Assembly: GCA_021846685.1 (NCBI GenBank)
Contig: JAJZWL010000005.1
Coordinates: forward strand, 4,722-68,721
Source of the DNA: a bacterium
GTDB taxonomy: Bacteria > Patescibacteriota > Dojkabacteria > JAKAPS01 > JAJZLI01
Reading direction: 5' to 3'
DNA length: 64,000 nt
Both the position numbers and the translations under genes were made by a program. The notes under the pieces are model-generated. The model searched no databases and was not told where the DNA came from. It saw nothing but the letters and a program-made list of their open reading frames with translations. The number at the start of each line of letters is the position of its first letter. The first letter of the stretch is position 1. Shown in pieces: positions 29,490 to 38,469 of the stretch.

Positions 29490-30425
29490 TTATTCTGTAC
29501 CTTTAGATAATTCTATTTGAGTTTTTATCCATTTAGAATTTGAATGATTTTTTATATTTTGTCTATAACTTTTAATTATTAAGTTTATTTCATCTAATGA
29601 ATTTAATAAAGTATCACCTTCAATTTTGGATTTTAATAAAGATTTATATCGTTTTAAAACTTTAAGATTTTCTTTGAATAATAATAATTTATTTTTATAG
29701 TCTTCTGGATCCATTTCTTTTTTATATTCTCCTGTATAAAATCCAAAGCATATAATGGTTTGTGCTCCCATTTTAATGATATCTTCTAATTTATCTTCTT
29801 CTGTATTATTATTTTTACTTACTATATAGTCCACAATACTAAATCCTGAATCTCTATTATATAGAATATTTGAAGGTTTATAGTCTACTGTAATATTTTT
29901 TTGATATGTCAATATAAGTAGATCTATAAAATCTTCTATTTGGCTGTCTGTTATATCCCTTATCTCTCTTAGATTCATTTTCCCAGAGTCTTTTCCATTA
30001 ATTAATTCACTAATAGTAATTCCTTCTGTGCAAGAGGCTGCAATTATTTGTTCTAAATGGGAAATACCTTTCCCACTCATTAAACTTGTAATATATGTAT
30101 TAATTATATCAGGAGAAGTAAATTTCCCAGTAGGGATTCTAACAGCAAACTGTCTTTCATCTAATTCTATTGCAAAGACTTCACAGGTTGATCCACTTCC
30201 TAAAAAATTAGGATGTTCTTTATGAGAATCACTCTTTTTTAATTCTTCTTGAAGTTTTTTTATTGCAGGAGTAAAAGCTGTATAATGTGCTAATAATTCT
30301 GCAAGTTCTTCCTTATCTATATCTATGTCAGTATCATCAATGTATTCAAGCAGATGTGTATTGCAGGGAGAACTAATTATTGTTTCAAATTCTAGAGATT
30401 CTGATACGGTTTCTATTCCTATCAT
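29490..30425 (-). CDS. Protein-kinase-like fold protein (atypical Ser/Thr kinase or pseudokinase).
   Basis: A glycine-loop-like LGSGSTCEVFAI is followed by AVR at the VAIK position. The catalytic-loop-like TVDYKPSNILYN fits D-x-K-x-x-N. A downstream IVDY sits at the DFG position. Confidence 0.45.
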   Translation of the reverse strand: MIGIETVSESLEFETIISSPCNTHLLEYIDDTDIDIDKEELAELLAHYTAFTPAIKKLQEELKKSDSHKEHPNFLGSGSTCEVFAIELDERQFAVRIPTGKFTSPDIINTYITSLMSGKGISHLEQIIAASCTEGITISELINGKDSGKMNLREIRDITDSQIEDFIDLLILTYQKNITVDYKPSNILYNRDSGFSIVDYIVSKNNNTEEDKLEDIIKMGAQTIICFGFYTGEYKKEMDPEDYKNKLLLFKENLKVLKRYKSLLKSKIEGDTLLNSLDEINLIIKSYRQNIKNHSNSKWIKTQIELSKGTE

Positions 30426-30428
30426 AAT

Positions 30429-30890
30429 TTATTTTGTTCTTTGATATTTATAATCCAATAACCTTCTAAATTCTAAAATAGTTGTAAACTCCGTTGAAAC
30501 TGTTTCTGTAGGGTTGTGAGGTGGAGTATCCCTTGAGTCTTGTTGAGGAGCAGTTCTTTCTAGTAATGTGATGGAATTGGGGATTCCTTTATGTATCATT
30601 AATAAGGATCTTACTTTATTCCGAACATAGGTTTCTATCGATAATTCATTACCATTTTGTTCCAGGGTTAGTATATCTTGAATATTAACTTCTATTAATT
30701 TCTGTTCTCGTACATAAATTCCTCTTTTTGGTTGAGATATAAATTTTTTACTTTTATCTTCTACTCCTTCTATTCGTAGAAATACAAAATCTTTTTTTTC
30801 AGATATAAGAAGTCCATTTATCTCAGGTTTAAGCACTGATAGTACTGTATTTAATTCTTCTATATTTTCTCCGTGATCTATTTCTGTCAT
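30429..30890 (-). CDS. Hypothetical protein, co-oriented with and 3 bp upstream of the kinase-like gene.
   Basis: ORF track. Confidence 0.45.
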   Translation of the reverse strand: MTEIDHGENIEELNTVLSVLKPEINGLLISEKKDFVFLRIEGVEDKSKKFISQPKRGIYVREQKLIEVNIQDILTLEQNGNELSIETYVRNKVRSLLMIHKGIPNSITLLERTAPQQDSRDTPPHNPTETVSTEFTTILEFRRLLDYKYQRTK

Positions 30891-31521
30891 ATGTTCTGTA
30901 TAAATTATTTTTATGAATAAATATCTAAACTTAAAATTATAAAAATAGAGCCTTATTTATTTCAAATTCCTATTTGTATATTATACCAGACTTATAGTAA
31001 ATATGAAATGTCTTGTTTATGTTCATATGTAGGTAATTTTAGAGGATTTTTGTATTTCAAGCTATATGTTATATAATTAAGTATTATATAAATATCTTAG
31101 TTTTTTAATTAAGTATTTTTAAGAATATTAAAGTCATTAAGTTGTCTCTTTCTAAACAAGTTTTTTAATTGTAATATATTTTTCTAAATATGATAAATAG
31201 TCAGAATGTTCAAGTCTATACAGTAGGGAATACAAAGAAGATTTATTCTTCATACGGTATATTAGGTTGTTTCTCTTGTCTTTTCTTTTTTCTTTTTATA
31301 ATCTTTATTTTTATACTTGGAATAATTTCCTTTATTCATATGCTTTAATGCTACTTTTGAATATTTATTTTTTATATTAATCGAATCTTAATAAATATAG
31401 TTTACATTATTAGATAATTTATTAAGATGACTTATACGAGCTGTTCTGATCTATAGTTATGAAAATAATGTGGGGAATGAGCACTTGTTGAAAAATAAGT
31501 AATTTATATAAGGATATATAA

Positions 31522-31749
31522 ATGAAAAATATTTTATCTTCTAAAATATTTATAGCGGTGTTAGCATTTATAGTGGGTGTTGCAGTTGGTTGGTTTCTTT
31601 GGTATTTGGTATATCCAAATTTACATACTAAGGGAAGGCAGGTATGGACAGGAACAGGAAGTGTAAGTAGTCCTCCCGTGAAAACTAAAACTTATACTAA
31701 TAGCAATAACAATACTTACTCACATCATTCAAGTTCATCATACTATTAA
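31522..31749 (+). CDS. Small membrane protein with an N-terminal TM helix and a Ser/Tyr-rich tail.
   Basis: ORF track. IFIAVLAFIVGVAVGWFLWYLV. Confidence 0.35.
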   Translation: MKNILSSKIFIAVLAFIVGVAVGWFLWYLVYPNLHTKGRQVWTGTGSVSSPPVKTKTYTNSNNNTYSHHSSSSYY

Positions 31750-31828
31750 TCTTTTAAAAAAATCTTTTTCTATCAATATTAAGTGTATTTTATTTAGTAA
31801 AATATTAAATGTATGATATATTCTTAAT

Positions 31829-32461
31829 ATGAATATATATTTTATTGCTAATCTTTTAGGTTTCGTAGCTGGATTCTTTGGTGTAGTCATGACTATTTTT
31901 CAGGCACAGAAGATTTATAAATCACATGATATTTCAGGAGTTAGTATAGATACGTGGATTGTTGTGAATTTAACTGCAATTACGTGGTTTTCGTTTGGTA
32001 TTTTGTTTAATGATCTGGCTCAAGTAATTTCTAATATAGGTGCATTTTTAGTAAGTTCATTTATTATATTTATGATAGTATACAGAGCTCCTGAACTTAA
32101 AAAATACATGTTAATTATTTTCATTCCACTTATTTATGGATTTATGTTTTTCATGACTGCTAAATTTGTAGGAATAAATAATTCATTAAATATATATGCT
32201 ATTTCTCTTGCTATTCTAATTGGATTACCTCAATTATTGAAAGCCTGGAAAATATCTATTAATGGTATTTCTGTAGCTTCATGGATTACTGTAATTGTAT
32301 ATTCTTTATTATGGATAATACATGCTGTTATTTTAAAAGAACCTTTAGTTATAGCTGCATCTATTATCAATATTTTCTTTGCAGTAGGGATTCTTTGCAT
32401 AATCTTTATTAAAACAAGAAAACTTAATTATATAGATTCTTCAATAAATATTACCAATTAG
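31829..32461 (+). CDS. PQ-loop / SWEET-like membrane protein with two PQ-loop repeats.
   Basis: The first half has FQAQKIYKSHDISGVSIDTWIVVNLTAITWFSFG and the second half has LPQLLKAWKISINGISVASWITVIVYSLLW. Both fit the PQ-loop pattern (Q/PQ-x-x-K-x-x-K/S-x-x-x-x-GIS-x-x-x-W). About 7 TM helices. Confidence 0.5.
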   Translation: MNIYFIANLLGFVAGFFGVVMTIFQAQKIYKSHDISGVSIDTWIVVNLTAITWFSFGILFNDLAQVISNIGAFLVSSFIIFMIVYRAPELKKYMLIIFIPLIYGFMFFMTAKFVGINNSLNIYAISLAILIGLPQLLKAWKISINGISVASWITVIVYSLLWIIHAVILKEPLVIAASIINIFFAVGILCIIFIKTRKLNYIDSSINITN

Positions 32462-32558
32462 TATTATGTTCTTGTTTAAAATAGTCTTTTTATTTAGAGT
32501 ATATACAAACCGCTTGACGCTAGGATTATAATGTAATATATATTTATTATCAAAACAC

Positions 32559-33122
32559 ATGAGTTCTGTTGAAGAATATAAAGCGGTTAGTGAGAAACAG
32601 AATATTCTAGATGAAAACTTTAGAGTAGATGTCCTTGGTGAAGAAAATTTCCTTAAGAAGAAAGATGATATAACTGTTGTTGTAAATAGTGAAGATGGGA
32701 ATTTGAATGATTCACTTGGAGATAGGGGAATAGACTGTTTTATGCAAACAAAAAATGAAATGGAGAGAGTTCTTTTTGTTGAGTATCAAGCAATGCATAT
32801 AGCCGAATTAATGCATCAACTTAGGTTAATCCATGCTTATGAATTACCTTCACTACATCCATGCTCTTCTTTTGTATCTCAAAAGAATCTCTTGCAACTT
32901 CCTAACGATGCAATGCCTGCAAGAAATGATGCAGAGCTAGAAGAGTATATAACTTCCTTAAAAGTATCTTTGAAAGAATATCGAGTCTATACTTTAGGAG
33001 AATGGGCTCCTCGTGATTTTGTGTACTCTCCTTCACAAGGATTTTTAATTATCCCTAATTTTAGATACCTTATACAAAGAGGGAGACCAATGATAAATGT
33101 TGTATCCAATATATTAAATTAA
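32559..33122 (+). CDS. Hypothetical protein.
   Basis: ORF track only. Confidence 0.4.
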   Translation: MSSVEEYKAVSEKQNILDENFRVDVLGEENFLKKKDDITVVVNSEDGNLNDSLGDRGIDCFMQTKNEMERVLFVEYQAMHIAELMHQLRLIHAYELPSLHPCSSFVSQKNLLQLPNDAMPARNDAELEEYITSLKVSLKEYRVYTLGEWAPRDFVYSPSQGFLIIPNFRYLIQRGRPMINVVSNILN

Positions 33123-33181
33123 TTAGTTAAAATTTTACACTATTAATAATCATTTCATTTGCCATTAATCTTTAAAGTATA

Positions 33182-33766
33182 TTGTGTTCAGATAATTTCA
33201 TTAAATATAGGATGCATAGATTTCAATATGATAAAAATGAAAGGTTAAAAATACAAAATCCAGTTCAAATACTTACTTCATTAGGTTTGAAAAAAGGTGA
33301 TGTATTAGTAGATATAGGTTCTAATAACGGTTTTTTTACTATTCCTGCTGCAGAAATAGTTGGTAAAACAGGGCAAGTCTATGCAGTTGATATAGATAAT
33401 ATTGCAATTACGGATCTACAAGAACGATTAAAAGATAAAGGTTTTTTTAATGTAGAGACTTTTATCTCTAGTGGGGAAGATTTTAGAAAAGATGATATTA
33501 ATGCAGATATAATTTTTCTAGGAACAGTACTTCATGATTTTCAAACTCCTTTTAAAGTTTTAGAAAATGCCTTTTTTATGCTTAAATCTGGTGGTAAATT
33601 AGTTAATTTTGATTGGAAAAAGAAAGAAACATTAATGGGTCCTCCTTTAGATATAAGATTTTCCGAAAAACAGGCAGAAGAAATGCTTAAAAAAGCTCAC
33701 TTTACAGATATAAAAACAGAAGATATCTCAGAGAATTTTTATCAAGTAACTGGATTCAAAGATTAA
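33182..33766 (+). CDS. Class I SAM-dependent methyltransferase.
   Basis: VLVDIGSNNGFFTIPAAEIVGKTGQVYAVDID gives motif I and the post-I acidic residue. IIFLGTVLHDF gives motif II. Confidence 0.75.
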   Translation: MCSDNFIKYRMHRFQYDKNERLKIQNPVQILTSLGLKKGDVLVDIGSNNGFFTIPAAEIVGKTGQVYAVDIDNIAITDLQERLKDKGFFNVETFISSGEDFRKDDINADIIFLGTVLHDFQTPFKVLENAFFMLKSGGKLVNFDWKKKETLMGPPLDIRFSEKQAEEMLKKAHFTDIKTEDISENFYQVTGFKD

Positions 33767-33767
33767 T

Positions 33768-34895
33768 TTATAAGGAGTTTATTAATTTAAAATAATCTTT
33801 ATATATGTTCTTATATAAATAGTTGTAACTAGTTTTTCTTGCATTTTTTGAATAATTTTCATAATTTTGGAATATTATATCAATAGAGTTTTCTATATTG
33901 GTAGTTTTTAAATCAGTTAATATTCCATTTTTATTATTTTCTATTAAATCCTTTGCAGCATTATCCTTTCCGTTAAAACATACAACTGGGAGTCCTATAT
34001 TCATTGCTTCTAAGGTTACTATAGAAAAACCTTCTCTAGAAGAGAGCATCATGAAAATTCTTGATTGTGCTATCTTTTTATATACATCTATTTCTTTTTT
34101 TACAAAACCTGCAAATTCAATATTTTTATTTTTATATTTTTCTTTATATCTCTCACTCTCTGGGCCACTTCCAATAATCAGTGTTTTTAAATTTTTATTT
34201 AGATATGAAAGGTTTAAAATTTTATCTATATTTTTAAAATCAATTATTCTTCCCGCATATACCAAGTCATATAATTTATGTTCTCTTTTAATCTTTATAT
34301 CCTCAATTCCGTTAGATATTACATAAACTTTTTTATTTGTTTTCTTCGCTATTCTTTTTTTTGTGAATTGACTTACAGATACTATATTCTCTGATAAATA
34401 TAATGCCAAGTTTTGAATTGTAAATCCAAGTATTCCTGTTAATTTCGAAGAATATTTTATCCAGTAATCTTTATCCCAGTATTCATGCCAAGTTATTATT
34501 ACTTTTGTTTTTCTTTTTATAGTAGTTATTAATTTTATAGAAAATATATGAAAAAAAGGATTGGCTGTCGCATCTATGATGTCATAGTCATTTTTTAGTA
34601 AAAAAAAGAATAGTGAAATTGCAAAATGTATACTTAATAATATTTTTCTTTTTCCTTTTTTATTATATATTTCAGAATAGTTATTTAAAGTATGATAGTA
34701 TATTTTATTTTTTTCAAATTCCTTCTCTAATCCTATTTTGTGCATTCCTATTACATGAACTTCAAAATCTTTCTTTAAATATTTAGAGAGAGCATATATT
34801 CTTTTTTCAGCTCCTCCTAGTTGATATGGATATATACAGTCATATATTAATGCAATCTTTTTCATTATATATATCATATCATATTGGTGTGACAT
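33768..34895 (-). CDS. Family 4 (GT-B) glycosyltransferase.
   Basis: REGFSIVTLEAMNIGLPVVCF is the E-x7-E motif. The N-terminal LGGAEKRIYAL is typical of GT4. The start may be the internal ATG ten codons downstream (MKKIALIY). Confidence 0.8.
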   Translation of the reverse strand: MSHQYDMIYIMKKIALIYDCIYPYQLGGAEKRIYALSKYLKKDFEVHVIGMHKIGLEKEFEKNKIYYHTLNNYSEIYNKKGKRKILLSIHFAISLFFFLLKNDYDIIDATANPFFHIFSIKLITTIKRKTKVIITWHEYWDKDYWIKYSSKLTGILGFTIQNLALYLSENIVSVSQFTKKRIAKKTNKKVYVISNGIEDIKIKREHKLYDLVYAGRIIDFKNIDKILNLSYLNKNLKTLIIGSGPESERYKEKYKNKNIEFAGFVKKEIDVYKKIAQSRIFMMLSSREGFSIVTLEAMNIGLPVVCFNGKDNAAKDLIENNKNGILTDLKTTNIENSIDIIFQNYENYSKNARKTSYNYLYKNIYKDYFKLINSL

Positions 34896-34975
34896 GCAGT
34901 AGTAAGCGATATTATTAGCTATTAATTTTGAAAATATGATATTAAGTATTATAATATGCGTTATTAATTAAAACT

Positions 34976-35707
34976 ATGACTAGCGCAGAATTGTTTTATA
35001 CACCAGAGTTTGATGTGAAATATGAGGCTTATTTACCCCATGTTTCTTTATATGAATATTCTAAAATCTTTTCTAGATATAGTCTTGGGCATAAAATACA
35101 GTGTTTAGAATCGCGAAGAGTTTCTGAACATTCAAATTCTCTTGATAGAGATCCAAATTCTTTTGCTTTAGATAATCAAGAATTTGGCGTATATGATGAA
35201 TCTACTTTTAATGATAGAGATTTTAGATATCGCAGAAAAATATCATCTTATCTTGAACATGAGGTGTCTAGGGAATTTATATTGGATGTTTCAGGATACA
35301 TGGCATCTTCCGATAAACCAGATGAAGCCATAGAAGATATATATGATGAGTTCATGTTAATTCATGATGAATTTCAAGGATTAGATGATTTAGATATTTT
35401 GGAATTCCTTTTGTTTTATAGGAATTATCGTAACCGCACTAATATTGAGGAAAAAATAGATTTATATTCTAGACAAAAAGGTGAAATGGGTAGCCTAATA
35501 ACAGATTCTATATTAAAGCATATTATTTTAGCTCAAGGATTGAGAACTATTAAAAATGATCAATTAATTAAAATTAAAGATGATATTGAAGGTTTAGCAG
35601 ATGTATACCCAACTACTCCTTTATATTTAATTTCTGCATTTGCAATATATGGAAAACATCCTTATTCCGAACTACCTTTATATTATGTAGTGGGAGGAAT
35701 AGATTAA
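34976..35707 (+). CDS. Hypothetical acidic protein.
   Basis: ORF track. Confidence 0.45.
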   Translation: MTSAELFYTPEFDVKYEAYLPHVSLYEYSKIFSRYSLGHKIQCLESRRVSEHSNSLDRDPNSFALDNQEFGVYDESTFNDRDFRYRRKISSYLEHEVSREFILDVSGYMASSDKPDEAIEDIYDEFMLIHDEFQGLDDLDILEFLLFYRNYRNRTNIEEKIDLYSRQKGEMGSLITDSILKHIILAQGLRTIKNDQLIKIKDDIEGLADVYPTTPLYLISAFAIYGKHPYSELPLYYVVGGID

Positions 35708-36390
35708 TTATTTGCAGTAAAACTTCCACTATCTATTGTTTTAGTATTTCCAGATGAATAATTTGTTATGGAGATTGTATATTCTCCTGACATTCCAGAT
35801 GAATTTGTCTCTTCTTGGTAATTTGGTTCGTAGTTAGCTTTTTCTCCTGTGAATATTAAGCAATAATTATTATTGATTTCTTTAGCACTGGTAATTACAC
35901 CATTAGATACATCAGTAGTTGTCTCTATATTTCCAATAGATCCTGTCATACTAGGGAAGGATATTCCATTTCCAGTCATAAAATTTTCACCAGTTACAGT
36001 GACAGAAGACTTGTTATTAGTATTTTGATTTTTAAATGCTGCTGCTATTTTAGGATTATTTCCTATGTCGACTACAACCGTTATCAAATTTCCATTTCCG
36101 TCAAGATAAACCTCTCCTGGGTGTAAGTTTTCAGGAATACCATTACTATTTTTCTCGCTTGTATTTACCAAATGTAAACTTTGGTTGTCGTTATTAGTTT
36201 TACCACCAGATTCTAATGAAGCTATAGTTGCCCCTGCACCTAATAATGCTAATGTAATAGCCAATCCTCTTACAACCTTTCCTCTTCGTGTTAGTCGAGA
36301 CTCTTTATGGTTATTTTCCTGAATTGATTTTAAAGCTTCGTCGTTATTCATAATTAACCCTATAATATTATATCTTATAGTTTTTGTCAA
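35704..36390 (-). CDS. Membrane-anchored or secreted hypothetical protein.
   Basis: An N-terminal TM/signal-like segment (VVRGLAITLALLGAGATIASL) followed by a Thr/Asn/Gly-rich ectodomain. Confidence 0.45.
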   Translation of the reverse strand: MTKTIRYNIIGLIMNNDEALKSIQENNHKESRLTRRGKVVRGLAITLALLGAGATIASLESGGKTNNDNQSLHLVNTSEKNSNGIPENLHPGEVYLDGNGNLITVVVDIGNNPKIAAAFKNQNTNNKSSVTVTGENFMTGNGISFPSMTGSIGNIETTTDVSNGVITSAKEINNNYCLIFTGEKANYEPNYQEETNSSGMSGEYTISITNYSSGNTKTIDSGSFTANN

Positions 36391-36478
36391 TAGGGATTGT
36401 TTGTGTTGGTTAAGATATGAAAAAAAAGCTATATTTCATATCTTATTCGAGTTAAGTGGTGTGATTTTTTTTGATATA

Positions 36479-37615
36479 TTATTTTTTAAGAGAGATAATT
36501 TTTGAAAAAAGACCTGCAAATATTGTCTGAGTCCCTAATATGAAGATGGTTACTCCTGAGATTATTCTTCCTGAACTTAGTAATGATCCAGTTTTAGTCT
36601 GTATCCAGATTATATATGCATCAATTAGTATTATGATACTAAGTAATATTAATATTAATCCTAAAATTAATATTTTATTCATATCTAATTTTTGAATAAA
36701 TTTTGTTACTCTGTCTTGTTGTATAAATTTTTCCATTAAAGAGTATTGTTTTGTTAAAAAACCAAATATTAAAATATTGTATCCTAATATAACTAATGTA
36801 GATGCAAGATAGAGTACATGGTAGTAGAATGTTCTTCCGAAAATTGTAAAGTGTCCAGGAGAAAGTAATATGAATATTATAATTCCTATTAGAAACAATA
36901 AAAACCCAGGATATATAAATGTAAAATTAGTACCTTGTGTTAATAAAAAAGAAAGATGTCTCCATCCATCTTTAAATGTAGATAGTTTTGCCTCAGAGCC
37001 CTTTCTTTTAGATAATGTTATTGGAACTTCTGATATTTTTAATTTCAATTTTGAAGATTTCACAACCATTTCAGATGCAAATTCCATACCTTCTGTTTGC
37101 ATATCTAATTTTTTATATGCTTCTTTTTTTATTCCTCTTATTCCACAATGAGCGTCTGATATACTTGTTCCATAAAAAATATTTAAAATGAAAGTAAGTA
37201 TAGGGGCACCAATCCTGTGAGATAAAGGAGAAGCTCCTTTTTCTATTTTGCCTTTTTTATATCTATCACCCATGACAAAGTCATAACCTGTTTTTAACTT
37301 TTTATATATTTTTTTTGATTCATAAAAATCATATGTGTCGTCAGCATCAGCCATAATTATATATTCTCCCTTAGCTTCTTTAAATCCTCTTTTAAGAGCA
37401 TTTCCATAACCTTTATGCAATTCTTTAAATACCTGTGCACCAGATTTTTTTGCTATATCAAAAGATTTATCCGTGGAATTATTATCAATAACTATAACCT
37501 CTCCCTTAATTTTTAAATCTTTTATGGCTTTTTTTGCTTTTTTAACACATATTGCTACAGTACTTTCTTCGTTGTAACAAGGCATTATTATTGAGAGTTC
37601 TATACTTGTCTTCAT
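36479..37615 (-). CDS. Polyprenol-phosphate glycosyltransferase (GtrB/ArnC/DPM1-like GT2) with a C-terminal TM domain.
   Basis: LSIIMPCYNEESTV...VIVIDNNSTDKS...IIMADADDTYD is the GT2 catalytic core. Four C-terminal TM helices are typical of GtrB/ArnC-like enzymes. Confidence 0.8.
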   Translation of the reverse strand: MKTSIELSIIMPCYNEESTVAICVKKAKKAIKDLKIKGEVIVIDNNSTDKSFDIAKKSGAQVFKELHKGYGNALKRGFKEAKGEYIIMADADDTYDFYESKKIYKKLKTGYDFVMGDRYKKGKIEKGASPLSHRIGAPILTFILNIFYGTSISDAHCGIRGIKKEAYKKLDMQTEGMEFASEMVVKSSKLKLKISEVPITLSKRKGSEAKLSTFKDGWRHLSFLLTQGTNFTFIYPGFLLFLIGIIIFILLSPGHFTIFGRTFYYHVLYLASTLVILGYNILIFGFLTKQYSLMEKFIQQDRVTKFIQKLDMNKILILGLILILLSIIILIDAYIIWIQTKTGSLLSSGRIISGVTIFILGTQTIFAGLFSKIISLKK

Positions 37616-37743
37616 ATTTTTGAGATTGTATCATATTTAGCTCATATTTATAAGATTTTTCACTCTTTATGGTATTTAATTAAAAAAAGTAGAGGAATTT
37701 ATAACATTTCTAATATATATATTAGATGTTATAATAAAACTCA

Positions 37744-38469
37744 ATGGCTAAACTACTATTTGCAGGTTCTGGAGAGTTTACTGATTCTATGAATGACATA
37801 GATAGCTATCTCTGTTCTAGTATAAATTTAACTAAAATTATGATTATCCCAACTGCGGCAGGTAAGGAAAAAGATTTTCATAAATGGATAGATAATGGTA
37901 TTTCTCATTTTAAAAAAATTGGAAAGGAGGCTTTCGGGGGGGATTTAATATCAAGAGAGGATTATTTTAAAGATGAATATATTGCTCTTCTTGATAAAAC
38001 TAATTTTATATATTTTTCAGGTGGAGATCCTGAATATTTATTATCTTGTATTGAAAACACTCCATTTTTAGAAAAACTTTTGAGTAAATTAAAAGAGAAA
38101 GATTTTATTCTAGCAGGATCCTCAGCAGGAGCTATGATTATGGGAAGTTATACTCCTGTTAATATTTTAAATAGAATATTCTCTTCGAATAAAAAGGGGG
38201 TCTTTATTAGAGAGGCATTAGATCTAGGTCATTTTATAGTGATTCCTCACTTTAATAAAATTCCTAAAATATTAGAATTAAAATATATAAGTGAAAGAAT
38301 AATAAATAGTTTACCCGATATAACTATTGTGGGAATAGATGAAGATACCGCTATATTAACTGAAAATAATACAGAATTTAAAGTGTTAGGAAAAGGGAGT
38401 GTCTATATTATTAATGGTAATGCAAAGATAATTTCATATAAAAATTATGAAATATTTAATATAAAATGA
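37744..38469 (+). CDS. Peptidase S51 family (dipeptidase E / cyanophycinase-like).
   Basis: IYFSGGDPEYLL and ILAGSSAGAMIMG correspond to the conserved GGN..LL and nucleophile-Ser (G-x-S-A-G-A) regions of PepE-type enzymes. Confidence 0.65.
   Translation: MAKLLFAGSGEFTDSMNDIDSYLCSSINLTKIMIIPTAAGKEKDFHKWIDNGISHFKKIGKEAFGGDLISREDYFKDEYIALLDKTNFIYFSGGDPEYLLSCIENTPFLEKLLSKLKEKDFILAGSSAGAMIMGSYTPVNILNRIFSSNKKGVFIREALDLGHFIVIPHFNKIPKILELKYISERIINSLPDITIVGIDEDTAILTENNTEFKVLGKGSVYIINGNAKIISYKNYEIFNIK

Noticed and set aside
31262-31350. A possible minus-strand mini-ORF (MNKGNYSKYKNKDYKKKKEK..) in the 630-bp intergenic region upstream of 31522.
   Set aside because: It is a poly-A/T-tract translation with no RBS and is likely non-coding.
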